Shown: piece after piece, positions 18,806 to 28,189 of the stretch
Layout of the letters: the number at the start of each line of letters is the position of its first letter
Position numbering within the stretch: the stretch's first letter is position 1
Origin: Actinomycetes bacterium
Lineage (GTDB): Bacteria > Actinomycetota > Actinomycetes > JACCUZ01
Direction of reading: 5' to 3'
Length of the DNA: 64,000 nucleotides
Assembly (NCBI GenBank): GCA_036269735.1
Contig: DATBDW010000228.1
Coordinates: forward strand, 759 to 64,758
Position numbers and translations under genes: made by a program
Notes under the pieces: generated by a model
Seen by the model: the letters and a program-made list of their open reading frames with translations, nothing else
What the model was told of the DNA's origin: nothing
Databases searched by the model: none

Positions 18806-19632
18806 CGACCGAACCGGACGCGAACGCCGAGACGCTGCACACCTACGAGCAGGCCGCGGCCCTCTACCGCGAGCGCACGGTGCGCCGCGACGACGAGGCC
18901 GGCGACCTCGTCGCACTCGTCGCCGTGCGCGCGCCGGACGGCGCGACGGTCCTCGAGCTGGGCAGCGGCCCGGGCCACGACGCGGACCGCCTCGAGGCGC
19001 TCGGGTTCGCGGTCCGGCGTACCGATGCCGCCCGGTCCTTCGTCGAGCTCCAGCGCGCCGACGGCCACGAGATCGACGTGCTGGACGTCCGCACCGACGA
19101 CCTCGGCGGCCCGTACGACGTCGTCTTCGCCCAGGCCGTCTTGTTGCACATCGACCGCGGCGAACTGCCGGGAGTTCTCGCCCGCGTCCTGGCTGCCGTC
19201 CGCCCCGGCGGTCTGCTGGCGCTAACCCTCAAGGAGGGCGACGGCGAGGAGTGGAGCAGGCACAAGGTCGAGCTGCCGCGCCACTTCACCTACTGGCGGC
19301 CCGAGCCGCTGCGCGCTGTCTTGGTGGGCGCCGGGTGGGAGCCGTTGGTGCTCGAGCGGACGTCCTCGTCCTACGGCCCGTGGCTTCGCTCACTGTCGCG
19401 GCGCCCGGCTGGCCGAACCGGTCCGGCCAACTCAGGCGACCAGCGGTTCCTCGCGCGCGTCACCGTCGCGTTGACGGTCACGGCGCTCCAGCCCGATCGA
19501 CACAGCGAGGACCACGAGCCCACCAGCGGACAGCACCGCGCCGACGGCGGCGGGCGACGTCCAGCCGTACCCCGCCGCGATGACGAGCCCGCCGAGCCAG
19601 GCACCCAGGGCGTTGGCGACGTTGAGGGCTGA
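18802..19632 (+). CDS. class I SAM-dependent methyltransferase
   Basis: GTG start overlapping the upstream stop. Motif I VLELGSGPGHDADRL and motif post-I DVVFAQAVLLHI. The frame stays open to 19632, which gives a roughly 200-nt convergent overlap with the MFS gene; the true C-terminus is uncertain. Confidence 0.6.
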   Translation: MTTEPDANAETLHTYEQAAALYRERTVRRDDEAGDLVALVAVRAPDGATVLELGSGPGHDADRLEALGFAVRRTDAARSFVELQRADGHEIDVLDVRTDDLGGPYDVVFAQAVLLHIDRGELPGVLARVLAAVRPGGLLALTLKEGDGEEWSRHKVELPRHFTYWRPEPLRAVLVGAGWEPLVLERTSSSYGPWLRSLSRRPAGRTGPANSGDQRFLARVTVALTVTALQPDRHSEDHEPTSGQHRADGGGRRPAVPRRDDEPAEPGTQGVGDVEG

Positions 19633-20733
19633 GTGGTTCAACGTCGAGGCCAGCGCCTTGCCGTCCCCGGCGACATCGAGCAGCCGCGCAGTGATCGCCG
19701 GCAGGCTGAGCGAGGACGTGAAGGCGAGGACCAGCAACGTGGCCGCGGCAGTCACCCGACCGTGCGCGGTCACGGTGAAGAGGAGCTGCACCGTGAGTGT
19801 CGCGACCGGGGCGAACACCAACGTCTTGAGCACCGACCAGTCGGCCAGCCGCCCGCCGACCATGGTGCCGAGGGTCATCCCGACACCGAAGAGCGCCAGC
19901 GCCAGAGGCACCGCGTCGTTCGCGAAGCCGGAGACCTCGGTCAGCGTCGGGGTGATGTAGCTGTAGACCGCGAAGAAGCCACCGAACCCGACGGCGCCGA
20001 CGAGCAGCGTCAGCCAGACCTGCGGCCGACGCAGCGCGGAGATCTCCCGCCGGGGGCTCGCGCCCTCGTGCACGACGACCCGCGGCACCAGGAGCCCGAC
20101 CGCGACGAGGGTCAGCAGGCCGATGGCCACCACGGTGAGGTAGATGCTGCGCCAGCCCGCCGCCTGGCCGAGCAGCGTCGTCAGTGGCACTCCCACCACG
20201 TTGGCGACGGTGAGGCCCATCATCGTCATCGCGACGGCACGGGCCCGGCGCTCCCGCGGCACCAGCGACGACGCAACCACCGCACCGATGCCGAAGTAGG
20301 CGCCGTGCGGGAGGCCGCTCGCGAAGCGCGCGAGCTCGAAGGTTGCGAAGGTCGGCGCGAGGGCCGACGCCAGGTTGGCCACGCTGAGAGCGACCACCAG
20401 GACGAGCAGCAGACCCTTGCGCGGGAGTCGGGCGCCGAGGATCGCGAAGGTCGGAGCACCCACGACGACACCGAGCGCGTACGCCGTGATCGCGTGCCCG
20501 GCGGTCGGGATCGAGACCCCGAGGTCGCCGGCGATATCGGGCAACACCCCCATGCTCGCGAACTCGGTGGTGCCGATCGCGAAGCCACCCACGGCAAGTG
20601 CGACCAGGCTCAGCCAGACCGGTACCTCTCGGCCGCGAAAGGCGGCGACCGGCCGGGCCGTCAGCTGGCGGACGGTGGAGGGAACGGGGCCGGAACCGGC
20701 GCGCGGCGCTACTGCGAGCTGGCGCGAGGGCAT
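19432..20733 (-). CDS. MFS transporter (DHA1/arabinose-efflux-like)
   Basis: Internal ATG (MPSRQLAV...), about 12 TM, MFS loop motif GARLPRKGLLL... Confidence 0.75.
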   Translation of the reverse strand: MPSRQLAVAPRAGSGPVPSTVRQLTARPVAAFRGREVPVWLSLVALAVGGFAIGTTEFASMGVLPDIAGDLGVSIPTAGHAITAYALGVVVGAPTFAILGARLPRKGLLLVLVVALSVANLASALAPTFATFELARFASGLPHGAYFGIGAVVASSLVPRERRARAVAMTMMGLTVANVVGVPLTTLLGQAAGWRSIYLTVVAIGLLTLVAVGLLVPRVVVHEGASPRREISALRRPQVWLTLLVGAVGFGGFFAVYSYITPTLTEVSGFANDAVPLALALFGVGMTLGTMVGGRLADWSVLKTLVFAPVATLTVQLLFTVTAHGRVTAAATLLVLAFTSSLSLPAITARLLDVAGDGKALASTLNHSALNVANALGAWLGGLVIAAGYGWTSPAAVGAVLSAGGLVVLAVSIGLERRDRQRDGDAREEPLVA

Positions 20734-20883
20734 GGGAGGTCCTTCCGGATGGTGCGCGAGCGAGTTCGCGTCCAGCGTGGCGGGCGATTGGTTCCTCACG
20801 ACGACAAGGACGTGACGTGCCGGTTGCATTCCGATCGCGGCGGTGACGTCCGACACCCGGACACGGCCCGGCGTCGGCCCGCC

Positions 20884-22137
20884 TAGACATCCCACGGCTC
20901 TAAGTCGTCAAGCCGGTTCTCTTGCTTGGTGCTGAGCGGTTGCCAGGCGTGGGTCTCGTCGTAGTGCTGGTGGTGCTGCAGGCAGCCGTGCAGGATCCCG
21001 ACGAGGCGGTTGCTCAGGGCACGTAGGGCCTGGTGGTGGGTGGCGCCTCTGACGCGATGGGTGTCGTAGTAGGTCGCGGGCTCCCGGCGAGGCGGTCAGG
21101 GCGGCGAACGCCTGTTGGTAGAGCGCGTCGGCGAGGCGCCGGTTGCGGGCGTGCCGGGCCAGGACAACGCGTTTGGTGCCCGAGGCCTTGGTGATCGGGC
21201 TCATCCCGGAGTAGTTCTTGCGGGCCCTGGTGTCGGCGTAGCGGTGCGGGTCGTCGCCGAACTCGGCGAGCACCCGGGCGCCCAGCACCTTCCCGAGCCC
21301 GGGCTGGCTCAGGTAGATCTCAGCGTCCGGGTGCCGGCCAAAAGACGCGCCCACCTCGGCCTCGAGAACCGCGCTCTGGGCGACCAGTTCGGTGATCACC
21401 GTGACCAGCGCCTTCACGCCGGCCGCGTAGGCGCCAACGACACCCAGGCTGGCGGCCAGCTGCTCGGAGCGCAGCGCGGCCTGGATCCGTTCGGCGACCA
21501 TGGCGGTGTTGCGTTGGCGCCCGGCCCGGCGCAGGGTGGCCTCGATCTTCGACCGGGACAGCGCCCGGCCCGCCTCGGGACTGGGCGCGATCGCCAGCAC
21601 CGCGAGCGCGTGCCCGGCCAGATCGTCTCCGAAGGCCAGCAGGGCGCCGGGACAGAACTCGCGCAGCATCGAGCGCAGCGTGTTGGTCTGACGCTGCCGG
21701 GACCAGACCATGCCCTGGTGCGAACGGGTCAGGACCTTGACGTGCTCGGCGGTCTCGGAGTCCCCGGCGACCTGGCGGTGATGGGCCCGGTCCAGGCGCA
21801 CCAGCTCAGCCAGCACGTGCGCGTCGCCGGGGTCGGACTTGGCCCCGGACACCCCGTGGCGTTCCCGGTAGCGGGCCACCTGCAGCGGGTTGACCGCGAA
21901 CACCGTGGAGCCGGTCGCAACCAGCGCCTGAACCCAGGGACCGCGGTCGGTCTCGATCCCGACCAACACATCGGGCGGCTCAGCCTGATCGCCGAGATGC
22001 TCCGCGATCAGACCGTGCAGCGCGGCGAGCCCGGTCACTCCCTCCGGCAGCCGGCGACGGTCGAGCACCCGACCCGCCTCATCGACGATCTCCACGTCGT
22101 GATGGGCCTCGGCCCAGTCATCACCCACGAACAGCAC
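20884..22137 (-). mobile_element. IS110-family transposase gene with an apparent 1-nt frameshift near 21072-21077 (IS element; exact ends not determinable)
   Basis: Frame 1 gives the IS110 N-terminal DEDD-like region (MLFVGDDWAEAHHDVEIVDEAGRVL...) through ...ALTASPGAR. Shifting one nucleotide restores the canonical IS110 C-terminus YYDTHRVRGATHHQALRALSNRLVGILHGCLQHHQHYDETHAWQP... ending at TAG 20884-20886. Confidence 0.8.
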
Positions 22138-22387
22138 CAGCGTCGCCTCCTCGCACTCGCGGTCACTCGATGAGCCGTGGAGAAGACCAGCGGCGACCTA
22201 ATGGATCAGTGCTCGGGGCACGACATCCCACCAGCCGTACAAGCCTCCTCGCTCACCGCCGGGGGGCACGATCTAGGCGTAGACCTCAAAATGCAGATCC
22301 GGGTCGGACAGTGCCCACCCGACGGCGGCTCGGACACCGATCCTGCCGCCAAGGGCCGTCGATGCATCCCCATTAGGGTCGGAGCCC

Positions 22388-22981
22388 GTGATGGGAACCC
22401 TCGAGCTGCACCCAGCGGCAGAGCGTCCGGACCTGCTCGCGCCGCCCGTCGCGGCTGCGGTGTCGGCGTACCCCGATCTCGACGCCCAGGTGGCCGAGAT
22501 CGACCCGGAGCTGGCCGACACCTCCGCGTTCTGCGAGCGGTACGCCGTCGGGCTCGACGTGTCGGCGAACTGCGTCGTCGTGCTGGGGCGCCGCGGCGGC
22601 GAGTCCCGCTTCGCGGCCTGCGTCGTGCTCGCCACCACGCGCGCCGACGTCAACGGCGTCGTCCGGCGCCGGCTCGACGCCCGCCGGGCGTCGTTCGCGC
22701 CGATGGACGTCGCGGTCGCCGAGACGGGCATGGAGTACGGCGGCATCACCCCGCTCGGGCTCCCGCCCGGGTGGGCGCTGCTGGTGGACGCCCGCGTCGT
22801 CGGCGTACCGCTCGTGGTGGTCGGGTCGGGGCTGCGTCGTTCGAAGGTCGTGCTGCCCGGCGCTGCACTCGCGCTGCTGCCGGGCGCCGAGGTGCTCGAC
22901 GACCTGGCGGCGCCCCCAACCCCGGCTGCCCAGGAACCTCTCAGGGCCGTGCCCGACGCTCAGGCGGACCGCACGGCGTAG
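22388..22981 (+). CDS. YbaK/ProX-type aminoacyl-tRNA deacylase domain protein
   Basis: 197 aa with ...CVVVLGRRGGESRFAACVVLATTRADVNGVVRRRLDARRASFAPMD...GMEYGGITPLGLP, the YbaK/prolyl-tRNA editing domain pattern. Confidence 0.7.
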   Translation: MMGTLELHPAAERPDLLAPPVAAAVSAYPDLDAQVAEIDPELADTSAFCERYAVGLDVSANCVVVLGRRGGESRFAACVVLATTRADVNGVVRRRLDARRASFAPMDVAVAETGMEYGGITPLGLPPGWALLVDARVVGVPLVVVGSGLRRSKVVLPGAALALLPGAEVLDDLAAPPTPAAQEPLRAVPDAQADRTA

Positions 22982-22997
22982 CGTCCCGAGCGCAACC

Positions 22998-23702
22998 ATG
23001 ACCGTGCGCGCGCTTGCAGCGCCCCTGCTGGAGGACCTCGTGACGTACCGGCTGCTCGTCGTCGAGGACGAGCGGGCCCTCGCCGAGATGCTGGTGCGGC
23101 TGCTGCGCGAGGAGGGCTACCAGGCTGACGCCGTGTACGACGGGCAGGCCGGCCTGCACCGGGCGCTGGTCGGCAGGTACGACGCACTGGTGCTCGACCG
23201 CGGCCTGCCGGCCATCGAAGGCGTCGACCTGTTGCGCCGGCTGCGGCGCAGCGGGGTGACCGCGCCGGTGCTGATGCTCACGGCGTACGACACCGTGGCC
23301 GACCGGGTCGAAGGTCTCGACGCGGGGGCGCAGGACCACCTGGGCAAGCCCTTTGACGTCGACGAGCTGCTCGCGCGGGTCCGCGCGATGCTCCGTCGGA
23401 CCGAAGCGCCGGCGGACGGCGACGTGGTGGAGCTGGGGACCCGCCGGCTCGAGGTCGCCTCGCGGCTCGTGGTGGGTGGCCCGGAGCCGGTGGGCCTCTC
23501 GGAGCGCGAGGCGACGCTGCTGCAGACCCTGGCCCGGCGACCGAGCCGGGTGTTCACGCGCGAGGAGCTGCGGGACCGGATCTTCGCCGACGCCGAGACC
23601 GAGGCCGTGGTGGAGACGTACGTGTCCTACCTGCGGCGCAAGCTGGGCGCGCAGGCCGTCCTCACCGTGCGCGGGGTCGGCTACCGGATGGGCTCCGCGT
23701 GA
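22998..23702 (+). CDS. OmpR-family response regulator
   Basis: Receiver domain (LLVVEDE...D...LMLTAYD...K) plus a winged-helix trans_reg_C (LTVRGVGYRM). Confidence 0.85.
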   Translation: MTVRALAAPLLEDLVTYRLLVVEDERALAEMLVRLLREEGYQADAVYDGQAGLHRALVGRYDALVLDRGLPAIEGVDLLRRLRRSGVTAPVLMLTAYDTVADRVEGLDAGAQDHLGKPFDVDELLARVRAMLRRTEAPADGDVVELGTRRLEVASRLVVGGPEPVGLSEREATLLQTLARRPSRVFTREELRDRIFADAETEAVVETYVSYLRRKLGAQAVLTVRGVGYRMGSA

Positions 23703-24916
23703 GCCGCCGCGGCGGGACGCCCCCCGAGGACCGCGTGCTTCGGAACGCGACCTGGCGCCTGACGGCGTTCACCGCTGCAGCCATCACCGCGATCCTGGTG
23801 GTGGTCGGCGTGGTCGCCGCCGGCGTGGTGTTGAGAGAGCAGCGCCACGAGGCACATGACGCGCTGGGAGCAGCCGTCGTCGACCTCGACGACGTGTCCG
23901 ACGCCCCCACCGGCACCGCGGTGTGGGTCCACCAGCCAGGGCAACCAGTCCGCACCAGTCCCTCCGCCCCGACCTGGCTGCCCGTTCCGTCCGGGCTCGC
24001 GGCGGTGCCGGCCGCCGGCGACCGCGACGAACGAACCGTCCGGCGGGCGGGGGTGGACTACCGGGTCCTGTCCGTGCACCGCGGCTCGGTGCTGGCGCAG
24101 GCGGCCGTGACGACCAAGACGCAGTCCCTCGAGCGGGACCGGCTGGTGACCGGCCTGATCGTCGCCGAGGTGGCTGGTCTGCTGCTCAGCGTCCTGCTCG
24201 GCGGGCTCATCGCCCGACGCGCCATGCGACCGCTCGCTCTCGCGGTGGCCCGGCAGCGCCGGTTCGTCGCGGACGCGTCGCACGAGCTGCGGACGCCCAT
24301 CACGTTGCTGTCGACCCGCGCCCAGCTCTTGGAGCGGTCCCTGCGCCGAACCGGTGCCACCGCACAGCAGGACGAGGCGGCGGCGCTGGTCGCGGACGCC
24401 CACCGGCTCTCAGATGTCGTAGAGGACCTGCTGCTGTCGGCCTCGCTCGGCGAGCACCCGGCCCGCAAGGAGCTCGTCGACCTCACCGAGCTGGCCCACG
24501 CCTCCACGGCGGCGGCCTCGGCGTACGCCGGTGGGCGGGGAGTCACGCTCGTCGTCGACGCGGCCGGTCCTGCTCCGGTCGAGGGCGCACCGGGCCCGCT
24601 GCGCCGGGTGCTCGACGCCCTCGTCGACAACGCCGTTGCGCACACTCCCCCCGGCGGCCACGTCGTGATCCGGGTGTCCGCCGGGCCGCCCGCACGGGTC
24701 CAGGTCGTCGACGACGGTGTGGGCATCGATCCCGACGTGGCGCCCCGGTTGTTCGACCGGTTCGCCCACGGGTCCAACACCGGCGACCGGCAGCACTTCG
24801 GGCTCGGCCTGGCTCTGGTCCGTGAGGTCGTCGAGGCCCACGACGGTGACGTGGCCGCCGCCCCCACTCCCGGGGGCGGGGCCACCTTCACCGTCACGCT
24901 GCCCGGGGGACCTTGA
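23699..24916 (+). CDS. sensor histidine kinase (HisKA + HATPase_c), cognate to the upstream response regulator
   Basis: GTG overlapping the response-regulator stop (GTGA). One TM, a sensor loop, a second TM, the H-box FVADASHELRTPIT, an N box, and G boxes DDGVGIDPDVAPRLFDRF...GLGLALV. Confidence 0.85.
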   Translation: MSRRGGTPPEDRVLRNATWRLTAFTAAAITAILVVVGVVAAGVVLREQRHEAHDALGAAVVDLDDVSDAPTGTAVWVHQPGQPVRTSPSAPTWLPVPSGLAAVPAAGDRDERTVRRAGVDYRVLSVHRGSVLAQAAVTTKTQSLERDRLVTGLIVAEVAGLLLSVLLGGLIARRAMRPLALAVARQRRFVADASHELRTPITLLSTRAQLLERSLRRTGATAQQDEAAALVADAHRLSDVVEDLLLSASLGEHPARKELVDLTELAHASTAAASAYAGGRGVTLVVDAAGPAPVEGAPGPLRRVLDALVDNAVAHTPPGGHVVIRVSAGPPARVQVVDDGVGIDPDVAPRLFDRFAHGSNTGDRQHFGLGLALVREVVEAHDGDVAAAPTPGGGATFTVTLPGGP

Positions 24917-26375
24917 CCGTTTGGTCGGTGTCGTCGGTGTCGCCGGCCCGCTCGCGCGCGGCCGGCCCGGCGATCCGCAGCGCGGTCCACCCGATGACCC
25001 CTGCGGAGGCGGCCGCGAGGGCCCCCACCACGAACGCGGCGTGGTAGCCGCCGGTCAGCGCGACGGCCTGCGCGGCTCCGGACCGCGCCAGGTCCCCGGT
25101 GCGGGCCGCGGCCACACTGGCGAGCACGGCCAGGCCGAGCGCGCCGCCCATCATGAACGAGGTGTTCACGACACCGGAGGCGAGACCGGCATCGGCCGGC
25201 TCTGCGTCGCTCATCGCCGCTAGCAGCACCGGGTTGAAGGCCATCCCGGCGCCGATACCGAGCAGCAGCATCGCGGGGAGGACGTCAGTCAGGTAGTCGC
25301 CACCCACCGGAGCCCGGGCGAAGAGCACCAGGCCGGCAGCGGCGAGCAGCAGCCCGATCCCGAGCGGTACCCGGATTCCGAACCGCATCACCAGCTTTGC
25401 GGAGAGTCCGAGCGAGAACGCACCCATCACCAGGTTCGCGGGCAGGAAGGACAGCCCGACCTGCAGGGGGCTGTAGCCCAGCACGAGCTGCAGGTAGAGC
25501 GCCGACAGGAAGAACCAGGCGAACATGGCGGCCGCCCACAGCACACCGACGATGTTGGAGACCGCGAGGTTGCGGCGGCGGAACAGGGCCAGGGGCACGA
25601 GCGGCGCTTCGACCGTGGACTCGATCCGCAGGAAGACAGCCAGCGTCACCGCCGACGCGAGCAGCACGCCCAGCGTCCGCGCCGAGGCCCAGCCGGCCGC
25701 GTTGCCGCCGACGATGCCGTAGACGGCGAGCATCAGCGCCACTGTCACCGTCACGGCACCCGCCAGGTCGATGGTGCCCCGCGGCCTCGTCTCGTCGGCG
25801 GTCGGCAGGATGCGGGTGGCGAACACGAGCACGGCGGCGCCGATCGGCACGTTGACCAGGAAGATCCAGTGCCAGTCGAGGCTGTCGGTGAGGACACCAC
25901 CGAGCAGTACGCCGATGCTCCCGCCGCCCGCGGCGACGAACCCGATGAAGCCCATCGCCTTGGCGCGCTCGGTCGGCCCGGTGAACAGCGTCATCACCAG
26001 CGACAGCGCGACGGCGCTGACCACGGCGCCGCCGAGGCCCTGGACGGCCCGCGCCACGACGAGTGTCGCCGCCGAGCCGGCGAGTCCGCAGACCACCGAA
26101 GCGGCGGTGAAGCACGCGATCCCGGTGACGAACATCCGACGGTGCCCGAGCAGGTCACCGAGTCGGCCACCGAGCAGCAGGAAGCCGCCGAACGTCAGCA
26201 GGTAGGCGTTGACCACCCATGCCAGCGACGACTCGGAGAAGCCGAGGTCCTGACGGATCGACGGGAGCGCGACATTCACGATCGTCGTGTCCAGCACGAT
26301 CATCAGGTTGCCGAGGCAGAGCACGCCGAGGGCGAGCCAGCGGGCGCGGCTCTCGATCGGTGTCGTGGTGTTCAT
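24894..26375 (-). CDS. MFS efflux transporter, DHA2 (EmrB/QacA, 14-TM) family
   Basis: Internal ATG (MNTTTPIES...). Motifs LDTTIVNVALPSI and GGRLGDLLGHRRMF. 14 predicted TM segments. Confidence 0.8.
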   Translation of the reverse strand: MNTTTPIESRARWLALGVLCLGNLMIVLDTTIVNVALPSIRQDLGFSESSLAWVVNAYLLTFGGFLLLGGRLGDLLGHRRMFVTGIACFTAASVVCGLAGSAATLVVARAVQGLGGAVVSAVALSLVMTLFTGPTERAKAMGFIGFVAAGGGSIGVLLGGVLTDSLDWHWIFLVNVPIGAAVLVFATRILPTADETRPRGTIDLAGAVTVTVALMLAVYGIVGGNAAGWASARTLGVLLASAVTLAVFLRIESTVEAPLVPLALFRRRNLAVSNIVGVLWAAAMFAWFFLSALYLQLVLGYSPLQVGLSFLPANLVMGAFSLGLSAKLVMRFGIRVPLGIGLLLAAAGLVLFARAPVGGDYLTDVLPAMLLLGIGAGMAFNPVLLAAMSDAEPADAGLASGVVNTSFMMGGALGLAVLASVAAARTGDLARSGAAQAVALTGGYHAAFVVGALAAASAGVIGWTALRIAGPAARERAGDTDDTDQTVKVPRAA

Positions 26376-26448
26376 CAGGTCCTCCGGGGCGGCATGTCCT
26401 TGCGGTCGCTGTCGGAGGGGTAGACCGTCGCACGGCCCGGGGCTCATC

Positions 26449-26478
26449 GGTCGCGCACAGATCGGTCGCGGCGCGACC
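26449..26478 (-). terminator. stem-loop (8-bp stem ggtcgcgc/gcgcgacc, 14-nt loop) about 30 nt downstream of the sigma-factor stop; weak terminator candidate
   Basis: Perfect 8-bp inverted repeat seen in sequence. No U-tract. Confidence 0.2.
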
Positions 26479-26504
26479 TGAGGGCAAGGCGCTGCGAGGT
26501 CCGG

Positions 26505-27482
26505 TCAGGCGTCGATGTGCAGCGGCATCCCGAACATCGGGAAGAACGCCGCGGTGTCGAGGAAGAAGATGATGCCGCGGATGCGATCACCGTCCAAGTC
26601 GAGCACCTGCATCGACCATGCCGACTTGCCGCCGGCCGGGTCCGGCTTGTACTGCGCGAACGCCGGCGCACCATTGGCCCACGTCGGTACGAGGGTGGAT
26701 CCCTCGCAGCCGTACCCCGGACCGAGGCACCACGTGACGATGTCGTCGTGGGTCTGCAGCCACAGCTCGTACGGCGGCATCGACCACGATGCGTCCTCGG
26801 CGAGCAACGCCGTCAGCTTGGCCATGTCGTAGGTCTCGAACGCCTCGACGTACCGCGACAGCAGAGCGCGCTGCTCGTCGTCCAGTGGAGCCGACGCGGG
26901 GACGTCCTCAGCGGTCCGCTCGTCGGTGGCGAGCGTCGCGCGGGCCCGTTGCAGCGCGCTGTTGACCGACGCGACCGTCGTGCCGAGCAGATCGGCGACG
27001 TCGGCGGCCGACCACTGCAGCACCTCGCGCAGGATGAGCACGGCTCGCTGGTTGGGCGGGAGCAGCTGCAGCGTCGTCACGAAGGCGAGCCGGATGGAGT
27101 CGCGCAGCTCCGTGACCGCCGCCGGGTCGGCGTCGGAGGGGACGACGCGCTCGTCGGGGATCGGCTGCAGCCAGGCGACCTCGGGCAGCGCCGGGCCCAG
27201 CGTGGTGTCCGCCGAGACGGCCGGCCCCATGTCCATCGGCAGCGCGCGCCGCTGGCGCCCGTCGAGGAGGTCGAAGCACACGTTGGTGGCGATCTTGTAC
27301 AGCCAGGACCGCAGCGAGGACCGGCCCTCGAACTTGGCCATCGACTTCCAGGCCCGAACCATCGTGTCCTGGACGGCGTCCTCCGCCTCGAAGGACGATC
27401 CGAGCATGCGGTAGCAGTAGCCCGTGAGCTCGCGGCGATGTGCCTCGAGCTGGTCATCCAGGGCCGGGGCCAGGTCGGTCAT
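26505..27482 (-). CDS. ECF-type sigma-70 family sigma factor with C-terminal NTF2/SnoaL-like domain (ECF56/SigG-like)
   Basis: Sigma-2 region EDAVQDTMVRAWK, sigma-4 region LPPNQRAVLILREVLQWSAADVADLLGTTVASVNSALQRAR, then a roughly 130-aa NTF2-like tail. Confidence 0.8.
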   Translation of the reverse strand: MTDLAPALDDQLEAHRRELTGYCYRMLGSSFEAEDAVQDTMVRAWKSMAKFEGRSSLRSWLYKIATNVCFDLLDGRQRRALPMDMGPAVSADTTLGPALPEVAWLQPIPDERVVPSDADPAAVTELRDSIRLAFVTTLQLLPPNQRAVLILREVLQWSAADVADLLGTTVASVNSALQRARATLATDERTAEDVPASAPLDDEQRALLSRYVEAFETYDMAKLTALLAEDASWSMPPYELWLQTHDDIVTWCLGPGYGCEGSTLVPTWANGAPAFAQYKPDPAGGKSAWSMQVLDLDGDRIRGIIFFLDTAAFFPMFGMPLHIDA

Positions 27483-27496
27483 GGTCCCCACCCTAA

Positions 27497-27563
27497 GCCG
27501 CCAACTGAAACCTTCGGCAGGCGAAATGTCCGAATCGGCCTGCCGAAGGTTTCAGTCGGCGGT
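27497..27563. repeat. large near-perfect inverted repeat (18-bp perfect core ctgaaaccttcggcaggc / gcctgccgaaggtttcag, extendable to about 25 bp arms; 15-nt spacer) in the divergent sigma/usp promoter region
   Basis: Read directly. Left arm 27505-27522, right arm 27538-27555, extended arms 24/26 match. It lies 15-80 nt upstream of the sigma-factor ATG (27482) and about 150 nt upstream of usp. Confidence 0.7.
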
Positions 27564-27709
27564 GGTCGGCCTCGAGCCCCGCGTAGAGCTCGAGCGCCTG
27601 GTCGCTGAAACCGGTGAAGCCCGTCACGGCGACGCCTTCACACAGCGCTGCAGCGATCGCGAGCAGCAGGCGCGCCCCGTCGTCGTACCCTCGGCGCGAA
27701 CGCGAGGAG

Positions 27710-28171
27710 GTGCCGGTGGGCCAGTTCGAGATCGGGCGCGACGGGCCGTCGCTGGTTGTCGCAGCGGTCGACGGCAGTCCCTCGTCGTTGCGTGCTGGGG
27801 CGTACGCGGCCGGCCTGGCCCGTCGCCAGCGGTCGATCCTGGTCGTCGCCCACGTCATCACCACACCGGCGCTGCTCGGAGTCGCGGGGGCCACGACGAT
27901 CGGGGCGATCAGCTCGGTCGACGAGACCCTCGACGGGGTCGCCGACGACCTCCGCCGGCAGGTGGAGACGGAAGCGGCCCGGATCGGTCTGGATGCCCGC
28001 TTCCGCGCCGAGCGTGGTGACGCCTACACCGAGCTGGTCCGCATCGCCAACGACGAGCGGGCCGACCTCGTCGTCGTCGGCGCCTCGGCCCGCGCGGGAC
28101 ACCGGCTGGTCGGCTCGATCGCGGTGCGCCTGGTGCGCGCCGGCCGGTGGCCGGTGACCGTCGTCCCGTAG
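27710..28171 (+). CDS. universal stress protein (UspA family)
   Basis: SD gaggagg precedes GTG 27710. A second GTG at 27716 has a 5-nt spacer and is the alternative start. LVVAAVDGSPSSLRAGAYAAGLA ... ADLVVVGASARAG matches the Usp ATP-binding pattern. Confidence 0.7.
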   Translation: MPVGQFEIGRDGPSLVVAAVDGSPSSLRAGAYAAGLARRQRSILVVAHVITTPALLGVAGATTIGAISSVDETLDGVADDLRRQVETEAARIGLDARFRAERGDAYTELVRIANDERADLVVVGASARAGHRLVGSIAVRLVRAGRWPVTVVP

Positions 28172-28189
28172 GTACTTAGGATCGCCGTC

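Noticed and set aside
18802-19632. Treating the methyltransferase/MFS overlap as evidence of a mis-oriented MFS gene
   Set aside because: The MFS frame has 12 convincing TM segments and MFS loop motifs on the minus strand. The overlap is more likely an over-extended methyltransferase ORF.
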